Assembly (NCBI GenBank): GCA_038087875.1
Contig: CM075996.1
Span: 6,512,001 to 6,576,000, forward strand
Reading direction: 5' to 3'
Source of the DNA: Malacoraja senta
Taxonomy: Eukaryota
Length of the DNA: 64,000 nucleotides
Shown: positions 25,747 to 36,645 of the stretch, one piece after another
How the letters are laid out: every line of letters begins with the position of its first letter
Numbering within the stretch: the first letter of the stretch is position 1
Position numbers and translations under genes: made by a program
The notes under the pieces: model-generated
Told to the model about the DNA's origin: nothing
Database searches by the model: none
Seen by the model: only the letters and a program-made list of their open reading frames with translations

Positions 25747-28544
25747 TAACACTACTACACACACTAGAGACAATTTACATTTTATACCAAGCCAATTAAC
25801 CTACAAACCTGTACGTCGTTGGAGTGTGGGAAGAAACCAAAGATCTCGGAGAAAACCAAAGATCTCGGAGAAAACGCAGTTCACAGGGAGAACGTACAAA
25901 CTCCGTACAGACAAGCACCCAGAGTCAGGACCGAACCTGGGTCTCTGGCGCTGTAAGGCAGTGGTTCTACCGCGACGCCACCGTGCCGCCTCTGCCGATC
26001 TGGTTCAGTCCTGAATAACTGACTTCACTACACTTCACTCTGCCTTGGAAAAGTAGCCAACGTAATCAAAGACCTTTGCACCTCCAATTTCTCAATCCTC
26101 TCCCCATTTCGAAAATAGTTTCTGCACTTCCCACTGGTGACTTAATCTACATTTCACGCTGCCTCAGAAAAGCAGCCGACACAACCAGGAACATGTGCCG
26201 CCCACTCAATCCTTCTTCTTCAAGTTCAAGTTCAAATTTATTTGTCACAGTGAAATGTAATTTACCATGCAGCGTTACAATTGAAAAAGGACACAATGCA
26301 CAACCTAATTCAACGCAGACATCCACCACAGCATTCTTCGCTGTGGTGGAAGGCAATACAGTCCCGTCCGGCAGGAGATACAGAAGCTTGAAAGCGTGCA
26401 CCACCAGACTCAGGAACAGCTTCTTCCCCTCTGTTATTAACCTTCTGAACAGCACTTCCGAGAGTACTGTCCGATTCACCTCTACCCCATTGCATACGTT
26501 GGCTGTTGGAACTGATGTGCTACAATGCTGAGAACCATATTCTGCACTCTGTATCATTCTCTTCACTCTACCTATTGTGCTTGAGTTCGACTTGATTTTA
26601 TTTACGTATAGTGTTACCTGACTTGATTGCAATACATGCAGAACAAAGCCTTTTGCTGTACCTCGGTACACCTCTGACAATAATAAACCTAAACCTGAAT
26701 GACTTCACTATCACAGACCCACAGTGGAGTGAGTCTATAAGTAGCGTGTGTGCAGCACTTTCTACATGGAGAACCTATCCAAGGCATCTCACCAGAACAA
26801 AATATGTCAGAGTAACAAAAAGATTAGATTAGATTAGAGATACAACGCGGCAACAGGCCCTCCGGTCCACCGAGTCTGCACCGACCAGCGATCCCCGCAC
26901 ATTAACACTGCCCTACACACACTAGAGGCAATTTGCACTTATGCCAAGCCAATTAGCCGACAAACCTGTACGTCTTTGGAGTGTGGGAGGAAACTGAAGA
27001 TCTCAGGAAAAAACCCACGTGGTCACGGGGACAAAGTACAAACTCCGTACAGACAGAACCCGTAGTCGGGATTGAACCCGGGTTCCGGCGCTGCAAGCAC
27101 TGTAATGGGCCTGTCCCACGTAGGCGATTTTTTAGGCGACTAGGCTGTCGCCACATGGTCGCCAGGGTGTCGCCGTTATGGTCGTGAGTAGTCTCCTCAG
27201 TCGCCCAAAGAGTCGTAGCGTCTTTCTGGTCGCCGCTGGATTTTCAACATGTTGAAACATTTTCGCCGACAGTGGGTTTGACGCCAATGAGCGTAGCTTG
27301 ACTTCTCCTGATGTAGGTTGTCACCAGGTTAACGTAGGTTGTCGCCAGGTTAACATAGGTTGTCACCAGGTGACGTAGGTTGTCGCCGGTGCTGACTTCG
27401 TTTTTTTGTTGTTGTTAAAGTGATGATTTTACTTCGGAGTCACGTGAGTGACTACGTGAGAAGAACCCCGCCAGTGCGCCTGCGCGTCATTACGTCAGAC
27501 GCCTTGACGCAAACGGACGTGAGGAGCAGAGCTCCTCCAGTGGTTTGTAGTTTTTCAACTACAAGGTAAGTAGAAACTTTTTTCATGTTTTCCAGGTCCG
27601 TTTACTGTGGGTATATGGGGATTTTTTCCACAGACGCCATGGAAAAAACGGACAGGGGGAAGAGGCGAGCGACACAGCCGACAGAAGTCGGGAAAGTCGG
27701 AAGTCCGCGGTTAGAGACCAACCGCCTCTAAACCCCGGTACAGTCGCCAGCGGTGAGCATAGCGACTGTGGACCTGGGGCTGGTGAAAACACAGTCAGCG
27801 GCTGTCGGGCAAAAGACGAAGTTTAAATCCCAACGGCCCACGGAGGGAGTCCCAGGCAAGGGAAGTAGCTCCAGGGCTAGATACTGCTTTCGAGCGTATT
27901 GCCCAAATAGAAAGCCTTTTACATAGGCTGTTGGAGCAAAGTTCACTCAGGGAGGAGTGTACTGAAAGCCAGGCTGCTGGAAGCAGCTCAAACAGCTCCT
28001 GGTACAGGGCTAGATACTGCTTTCGAGATCTTTATAGATTTATTATAGACAATTTCAAATTTTATGTGATTATAATATTTTTTTAAACACTGTTGTATGT
28101 TCTTTATAATCCAATAAAAAATCAAACTTTTCTTTTGCTAAAGTGACGATTCTTTATAGATTTATTGTAGATAATTTCGAGTTTTATGTGATTATAATAT
28201 TTTTGTATGCACTGTTGTGCGTTCCTCCCAACCTTTTTGTTGTTGTTAAGACTTGTTTGTTTCAATATAAATAAAGGAAATGCTTGACATTTTGACGGCA
28301 AATTGATGTATGAAGATATTATATTTCAGAGTCGTGTCTCATGGCATCACGTTCAAATATTTAAATTTCATATATTTTGATCAATAAAACAAACACAAAC
28401 ACAAGCATTGTGCTGTATTGAAATTAAACTCTTCTGGGAGGATGTGGGTGGCCCTGAAAAGGGCCTTTTCTTGTGGTCTGTTGTGGGCTCCCTTCCTGGA
28501 GTGGTGGACTTCTGTTTGTGGTGTGGGCTGTTTGCTGCTGGTCT

Positions 28545-29790
28545 TCACATCATGTCGTTCTGCCATGGTACACTGCCTAGTTCTGGAGTTGTAGTAAGTG
28601 CAGAGATGGTCTCTCTGGCCCTTGGCTGTCTTGTTGCAGGCGTTTCCTGGCAATCACTCCAGTGGCACCATCGGTGCAGCCTGCCCTCCAGTTCTCCATG
28701 AGCCTGGTGTGATGTTGCCTGTCTGGTTGTCCACTCGGTCACCCTCCACCATGGCTGGTACGGATCAGGTTGTGGAGGACACAAGCTGCGTAGGCAATGG
28801 TCTCCACATTGTTGGGCTCCTGCTCCATCGTAGTCAGCAAGCTTCTGAATCTGCTGGCGAGGATGCCAAAGGCGATTTCCACGACCCTCCTAGCCCTGGA
28901 CAGCCTGTAGTTGAGGATCATCTGCCTGTGAGGGTATGACTTCATCATCCATGACCTGAGTGGGAAGGAATCATCACCAACCAGTGTGTAGTGGATGTCA
29001 GGGTTTTCTTCTCCTGGCAGAGGTACTGGATCAGGAGAGCCTGCTCTCCCTTCTTCCAGTGCTTGCCCAAGAGAGGTTTCTCTCCAGATCCTACCATCTG
29101 TGACACGGCCAGGTGTGCCCACATCCACATACAGGAAGTTGTAGTTTGCATCCACCACAGCTAGGAGTACGATGGAATGGAACTTCTTGTAGATGAAGTA
29201 CATTGAACCTCCCTTGGGTGGACACCTGATGGCCACATGCTTGCCGTCCACTGCCCCACATGTGTGCAGGAAGTTCCATCTGGTATCAAAGCCCTGCGCC
29301 ACTCTCGTCCACTCATCTGGTGTACTAGGGCAGTCCATCAGTTCATCTTCATAAGCATTGTTGCTGGCCTCACAGGTCTCTCGGACAACCTTGCTGATGG
29401 CGTTGTGGGCCACAAGAAAGTTGTAGGAGAGGCTCTTGTTGGAGTCTCCTGAAGCATGGCTGGTTCCGGTGGCTTCCTCATGAAGGTCTCCTATTTCTCC
29501 AGGAGAGGGCCCACCCGTGTCTTCAGTTCCTGAAACAGCTCCGGGGGGAGCCTGGTGAAGTGTCTGAATCTTCTTGCTGGTGCACAGTCATCAGGTTGTC
29601 ATACTGGCCCAACCTGGGCCTCTTCAGGGACAAGGGCTTCAACCACAAAGACCTATTCTTGGACTTCCTCTTCCCCATTCTTCTTGTCCTTCTGCCTTGC
29701 AGATCTATAAGCATGAGGGCTGCTGCAAGCAGGAGGCTTCTTCTTGTTTTGAGAGCAATGCCCTCTGATGTTACTCCATGGCAGTCATGA
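28545..29790 (-). pseudogene. Harbinger DDE transposase (HARBI1/DDE_Tnp_4-like), frameshifted
   Basis: WNFLHTCGAVDGKHVAIRCPPKGGSMYFIYKKFHSIVLLAVVDANYNFLYVDVGTPGRVTDGRIW...LVGDDSFPLRSWMMKSYP...NYRLSRARRVVEIAFGILASRFR...ACVLHNLI, C-terminal GSVPWQNDMM in another frame. Confidence 0.93.
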
Positions 29791-30189
29791 CGCAGAATGA
29801 TTGGAAACCCCACCCTACAACCCTTTGTGGCGGCGCAACTCACGTTACAGCGGCCCCAAGTTAAATGTAGTTGTTCGTGGTTTTTTTATACTGTTTTTAA
29901 CTGTGTTGTATATGTGGGGGGAGGGGGAAACTTTTACAATCTCTTCCCTGAACGGGGGACCCGACCTTTTCCCTGTCCGGTCTCCGTTGTCGTTGGGGCC
30001 TAGCACCGTGGAGCGGCCTCCAACCGGAACAACCTGAGGGCTCCAGTCGCGGAGCCTGCGGACTTACCATCGTGGGGCTGGCCGGCTTCGGAGCGTGAGG
30101 AGCGGTGGTGGCTCGCTGCTGCGGACCGACTCCGGAGCTCGGAGGCTCCAGCTGCAGACCTGTGGACTGTGATATCGGGAGCTTTTTCA

Positions 30190-31230
30190 CTTTGGGAAAA
30201 AAAATGATAGGGCAAGTTATTTTCTAAATGAGGAGGAGCTGCGCTGTAATGCAACGCAAAGGGATCATGGGGTAGTAGTACATGAATCACTAAAAGTTAG
30301 TATGCAGGTGCAGCAAGCTATCAGGAAGGCCAATGGAGTTTTGGCCTTTATTGCTAGGGGGATTGAGTATAAAAACACGGAGGTCTTGCTGCAGCTGTAC
30401 ACAGTATTAGTGAGACCACATTTGGAATACTGTGTACAGTTCTGGGGTCCATACTTAAGAAAGGATGTACTGGCCCTGGAGGCAGTGCAGCGAAGGTTTA
30501 CAAGATTAATTCCTGCAATGAGGGGATTGACATATGAGGAAAGGTTAAGTAGGTTGGAACTCTACTCTTTGGAGTTTAGAAGAATGCGAGCTCATAGAAA
30601 CATTGAAACATATAAGATCGTGAGGGGCCTTGATCGGGTGGATGCACCGAGGATGTTCCCAATGATCGGGGAAACTAGAACTAGGGGACATAGATGTAGA
30701 ATAAGGGGGGGCTCTTTTAAAACTGAGATGAGGAAGAACTTCTTCACCCAGAGGGTGGTTAATTTATGGAATTCACTGCCCCAGGGAGCAGTGGAAGCAG
30801 AAACATTAAATATATTTAAGTCTAAAATAGATGGTTTTTTAGCTGCCAAGGGGATAAGGGGCTACGGGGAGAGGGCAGGGATATGGACCTAGGTAGGGTT
30901 AGTATAGTAAGACCTGAGTGATCTCCTGGACAAGTGTCGATCGCCTGGATTGGGGTCGGAGAGGAATTTCCCGGATTTTTTTCCCGAATTGGACCTGGGT
31001 TTTTATCCGGTTTTTTGCCTCCCCCAGGAGATCACTCGGTTCTTGGGGTGGAGAGGGGTGATAGCGCTATAAAGGGGAGGGTAGTGTCTTGTGTTCTGTG
31101 TCTTCTGTCTACTGTTTGTGGGTGGGGGTGTTTGTTTGTTTGGTGTTCAGCCATGAGCGAATGGCGGTGCGGGCTCGATGGACCTGGTGGTCTGCTCTCG
31201 CACCTACTTTCTATGTTTCTATGTTTCTAT
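30190..31230 (+). mobile_element. CR1 LINE 3' fragment nested in the Harbinger element
   Basis: QVQQAIRKANGVLAFIARGIEYK...VRPHLEYCVQFWGPYLRKD; long 3' UTR and (TTTCTATG)n tail. Confidence 0.92.
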
Positions 31231-33354
31231 GAGCTCGCGGGTCCGGGTGGGAGACCGCTTTTCGGAACTTCTCCCGCAACGCAACTTCTCCAGCCCGTGT
31301 CGCGGGGGTTGGAACGACCTGGAGCGGGGCCGTACATCGCCCGGCACAGCTTTAATGGCCGCGGGACATTCCAACGCCTGCCGGGGGCTCCCCGTTGAGA
31401 CATTAGGACCTGGAGCGGGGCCGTACATTGCCCGGCGTGACCTTAATGGCTGTGGGACTTACCATCGCCCGCCTGGGGCTCCAACATCGGGAGAAAAATG
31501 GTGCAGTGGAGAGAAAAGACTTTGCCTTCCATCACAGTGAGGAGGAGATTCACTGTGATGGATGTTTTTCTGTAAATTGAATTGTTTGTGTGTCTTGTAG
31601 GAATTGTTTTGTTTGTATGGCTGTAGAAACGGAGTTTCGTTTGAGCCTCACTGAGGTTCAAATGACAATGGAATAAATATTGTATTGTTGTATTGTATTG
31701 TATTTATAGGAAAACTTGTTTTGGAGGCCAAAATGACGTGAATTGTCTTCAGTTGTCACCGACAGGGTCATAGCTTGTCGTGGGTGGACGTAGATTGTCG
31801 ACTGTGTGGTCGTAGGTTGTCGTAGGTGTGGTGCTAGGTGGACGTCCTAAGTCGCCGGTTATCGGGAGCTTTCCGTAGCTTGACGTCGACTAGGTGCCAG
31901 GTTGCTGTAGCTTGTCGTAGACATTGTCGTAGGGGGGGTCCAGTCGACGGTTTTTCGGCGACCTGCTACGGCTATGACAGTCGCCGAAAAAAATCGCCTA
32001 AGTGGGACAGGCCCATAAGGCATCAACTCTACCGCTGCGCCACCGTGGCCGCCCAAAGAGACGGAACAAAGAATGAAAACAATGAGCAACTTCACTCCGA
32101 GATGTGAAACTAGGGTGTGTTTTAAAGGAGTGAAAGAGAGACAAAAAGAAAGATACAGCATGGAATCAGGCCCTTCAGCCCACCAAGTTCGCACTGTCCA
32201 TCGATCGCCCGTTCCCACAAGTCCACATTCGCATCCACTCACACTAGCTTTTCCACTTCACACTAGCTATCCTACTACACACCAGGAAACCGGAGTACCC
32301 GGAGTAAACCGACACTCTCACGGGGAGAACGTGCAAACTCCACACAGACAGCGCTCGAAGCCGGGTCTCTGGCACTGTGAGGCAGCGGCTCTACCAGCTG
32401 CTGAGTGGAGATGTCCTGAGGGCGAATGATACCATTGACATCCCCGTTGAAGTACAGAGAGATGGGGCACAAAGTGCTGGAGTAACTCAGCGGGTCAGGC
32501 AGCATCTCTGGAGAACGTGGATAGGCGACGTTTAGCATTGTGACCCTTCTTCAGTCTGCGGACCACGCGTTACCAGAGAATGGCGACTCTTTTGCAATGT
32601 TGAAGCCGGAGACAGTTTCTTCCCAGCTGTTATCAGCCAGTTGAATCACACCACCACAACTAGAGAGCAGAGCTGAACTACTATCTACCTCTTTGGTGAC
32701 CGTCGGACTAACATTGAGCGGACTTTACAGGCTTTACCTTGCAAACTCAATGTTATTCCCTCATCGTGTATCTGTACACAGTAAATGGCTCGATTTCAAT
32801 CATATATTGTCTTTCTGCTGGTTTAAACCGAAGATAGACACAAAAAGCTGGAGTAACCCAGCCAGGGCAGGCAGCATCTCTGGAGAGAAGGAATGGGTGA
32901 CATTTCGGGTCGAGAGTCTCGACCCGAAACGTCACCCATTCCTTCTCTCCAGAGATGCTGCCTGTCCCGCTGAGTTACTCCAGCTTTTTTGTGTCTAGCT
33001 TGCCTTTCTGCTGACTGGATAGCACGCAACTGAAGCTTTTCGCTGTTCCTCAGTACGCGTGACAATAAACTAAACTGAACTGAAGATGTACAAGTCATCG
33101 GTGTCTTCCTCTCACACCGTGACCCAGACAAGTTCAGTTCACACACGGAAGCTGCCGAGCAAAACCTTTGGGGACACAATAATCTAGCACCATCAGAGAT
33201 TTCTTAGAACTCCACCATGTAACCAGGGAGCAGAGGAAACGGTTGATCTCTTTGCAGAGGCCACCTGCAAAGAGATGCCATTTCCAAGGCCCTTGTAGAT
33301 AGATTGTGGCATCTATCTACAAGGGCCTTAAGTAGATAGATTGCAGCCAAGTAA

Positions 33355-34080
33355 GTAAAGTAAGCAAGTAAGTAAGTAAGTAAGTTTATTGGCCAAGTAT
33401 TCACATACAAGGAATTTGCCTTGGTGCTCCACCCACAAGTAACAACATGACATACAGTGACAGTTACGAATGACTCAGAAAACACTAAACATTAATAACA
33501 ATAAAACATTAATGATAAATCACCATTGATCAAGCATGTGCTTTCCCAGCCTCACGTGCTGCTTGTCTGTCACTTCCTGTCTGTCAGGAAGCTGGTGATC
33601 CACCGACAGAGGGGTTCAGGCACAGTCAACTCGGAAAGTTTGGAGTGCAGTAGCTCTGGCACAATGGTGTTGAATGCAGAGCTCAAATCAACAAACAGGA
33701 TACCAGATCAAAGGTGTACAGGACGCCAGCTACAGACACTTCTTGTCTGTAGGCAGATTCCTCCCCATCCTGGATCAGTCCAATCAGGGTTGTGTCGTCC
33801 GCAAACTTGAGGAGCTTGACAGAGGAGTCTGTGGAGGTGCAGTCGCTGGTGTAGAGAGAGTAGAGGAGAGGAGAGAGTACGAAGCCTTGCGGTGCTCCTA
33901 TGCTGAGTGTTTGCGGGTCCGACATGTGCTTTCCCAGCCTCACATGCTGCTTCCTGTCTGTCAGGAAGCTGGTGATCCACCGACAGATGGGTTCAGGCAC
34001 AGTCAACTCAGAAAGTTTGGAGTGTAGTAGCTCTGGCACAATGGTGTTGAATGCAGAGCTAAAATCAACAAACGGGATCC
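33355..34080 (-). mobile_element. Rex1/Babar LINE fragments with an internal duplication
   Basis: WITSFLTDRKQHVRLG...GAPQGFVLSPLLYSLYTSDC...KFADDTTLIGLI; 33540-33700 duplicates 33925-34080. Confidence 0.88.
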
Positions 34081-34110
34081 TGTTTGGAACTGTCTAATAC
34101 ACCAGACTAA

Positions 34111-34441
34111 TAGCCCTGTCCCACGGTACGAGTTCATTCCAAGAGCTTTCCCGAGTTTTAAAGAAATCAAACTCGTGGTAAGCACGGAGAATGAACGTAG
34201 CAGGTACGTCGGAGCTCGGGAACGTCTCTTAGCGGCACGTAGCGCTTACGGCAAGTACTCGGGAAGACTCGCTAACGGCAGGTAAGCACGGGAAGACTCG
34301 TGAAGATTTTTCAACATGTTGAAAAATGTCCACGAGAGCCCCGAGTACCCACGAATGGCCATTACCGTAAATCTCCGAGTTCGAATCAGGGCAAACTCGG
34401 GAGAGCTCTTGGAATGAACTCGTACCGTGGGACAGGGGTTT
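34111..34441. mobile_element. Harbinger-type MITE, family 2
   Basis: Same TIRs as 14845-15164, TAA flanks. Confidence 0.85.
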
Positions 34442-34509
34442 TAATATTCAAGGGAGACACAAGGAACTGCAGATGCTGGAATGCTGGGCAAAGCACAAAA
34501 TGCTGGAGG

Positions 34510-35360
34510 ATCTCAGGCAGGCAAAGGACAAAAGGACAAAGGACATTTATTGTCACATACACCAATTGATGCAGTGAAATTTGAGTTACCATGCAGCCAT
34601 ACGAATAAGATAAACACAACACCATAGAATTTAACATGAACATCCCCTACAGCGGAATCAACGTTTCCCACTGTGAGAGAAGGCAACACAGTTCAGTCTA
34701 CTTCCTTGTTGTTCACCCGTGGTCGTGGCCTTTGAGCCCCCCGCAGTCGCCGCAACGGCGGCACGGTGTTCAGGCCCTCTCGCCGGGATGATCGGAGCTC
34801 CAGCGTCTGAACGGAAGAACACTCTCAGCGGCTTGGAGTTTCCGAATCGGCCGCTTCCTACCGGAGAACGCGGCTTCCGAGTCCACAGGCCGAGCTGTGC
34901 GGAGCTCCAACGCTGGCGATCCCCGGCAAAGGACTCCACGATGATAAAGTCGCCACCTCCCGCAGCTGGAAGCTCCGCCGACCACAGCTCCACGGTGTTA
35001 AAATCGGCAGTCCCAACACTCCGGAGCTCCAACACGGCGATCCCGGTAAGGCATCGCCCCGCTCTGCGATGGAATACAGTGTTGCGCCGCTGCTGAAGCT
35101 CTGGCCGGTCTCCGGCAGGAAAGGCCGCGCCAATCCAGATGGTAGGCTGCGTGGAGGGGGGGAAGATGCGGCTCGGAGAAAAGACGCATCCTCGACCAGG
35201 AACTGACTGGGAAAAATAGTTTCCCCCTTCCTCCCACCCCCCACATAAAATAGACTAAAGACCTCCAAAAACAAACTTTTAGACAGACGCAAAATAACAA
35301 AAAGGATGAAAGGGCGAACAGCTGCTGGCGAGGCTGCCACCCTCAACGGCGCCACCACTC
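34510..35360 (-). mobile_element. GC-rich non-autonomous retroelement with a Rex1-like 3' tail
   Basis: No coding signal; ends in GTGACAATAAATGTCC plus (TTTTGTCC)n. A similar architecture is seen at 31240-31700. Confidence 0.45.
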
Positions 35361-36324
35361 GAAGGGGGAGGGAGAAAAAAAGCATCTCAGGAGGGGGCAA
35401 TGGATATGTTGCAGTCGGGACCCTTCTTCAGACAGATTTCAATAGAGGGGTGGGAGATGGGAAAGTATGGTGGGTGGGAGGGAAATTTTATTTAGTTTGG
35501 AGATACAGCATGTAAAGAGGCACATCAGCCCACCGAGTCCGAGTCCGAGTCCACGCCAACCATGGATCACCCACTCACACTAGCTTTTCCACCTCACACT
35601 AGCTATCCCACTACACACCAGGGGACGATTTACGTTAATCCTTTATCATGTATCTGTGCACAGTGAATGGCTCGATGGCAATCGTGTCTATAGCGTGTGT
35701 AGACAAAAATGCTGGAGAAACTCAGCGGGTGAGGCAGCATCTATGGAGCGAAGGAAATAGGCAACGTTTCGGGCCGAAACCCTTCTTCAGACTGATGTGA
35801 GGGTGGGGGTGCGGGTAGAAGAAAGGAAGAGGTGGAGCCAGTGGGCTGAGGGAGAGCTGCGTGAATGGGCAACATCAGCACAAACAGACCTTCCCTGACG
35901 TACAGAGAACATCAAGGGCATTGCTCCAGGGACCTGTATTTGTAATGCTAATTACCCAGTGTGTATGACAACAGGCTAGGCACATGTCTAAAGACAGACA
36001 CAAAGTGCTTGAGTAACTCAGTGACTCAGGCAGCATCTCTGGAGAGACAAATAATGGGTGACATTTCAGATCGGGACCCTCATTCGGGTTGGGGTTTGAA
36101 GAAGGGTCCCAACCTGAAACATCACCCGTCCTTTTTCTCCAGAGATGCTGCCTGACCTTCTGAGTTACTCCGGCACTTGTGTCTTTCTTTGGTATGAACC
36201 AGCATCTGCAAGTTCCTTGTTGCTACATTTAGGGATGTGTCTGTTTCACTTCTGGTCTTGTATCATGATGGCTGCAATTCAGCAGGTCAGGAATCAATTC
36301 TAGAAAGAAACGGGAAGGCCAGTT

Positions 36325-36645
36325 CAGAGACACGGCATGGAAACAGGCCTTATGGCCCACCGAGTCCACGGCGATCATCGATCACCTGTTCACACTAGAT
36401 CTATGATGCCCCACTTTTCCCATCCGCTCACTACACACTAGGGGTAAGTTTACAGAAGGGCCAATTAACCTACAAACCCACACGTCTTTGGGATGTGGGA
36501 GGAAACCAGAGCACCTGGACGAATCCCACGTGGCCGCAGGGAGAACGTGCAAACTCCACACAAATAGCAGCAAAGATAAGGATCGAACCTGGGTCTCTGG
36601 CGTTGTGAGGCAGCGGCTCTACCAGCTGTGCCGCTGTGCCGCCCA
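36325..36645 (-). mobile_element. tRNA-derived V-SINE (HE1-like), representative full-length copy
   Basis: GGCGGCACAGCGGCACAGCTGGTAGAGCC...GGTTCGATCC (A/B boxes), V-domain CCGGTTTCCTCCCACA, CR1-like tail. Many further copies, e.g. 5815-6100, 39935-40250, 55505-55805. Confidence 0.85.

Larger units (their letters stand above)
27106..32015 (-). mobile_element. PIF/Harbinger DNA transposon, decayed, with nested insertions
   Basis: TIRs TGGGCCTGTCCCAC (27106) and GTGGGACAGGCCCA (ending 32015), TAA duplication on both sides, interrupting a SINE (..ctg TAA [element] TAA ggcatcaactctacc..); internal transposase remnant. Confidence 0.88.
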
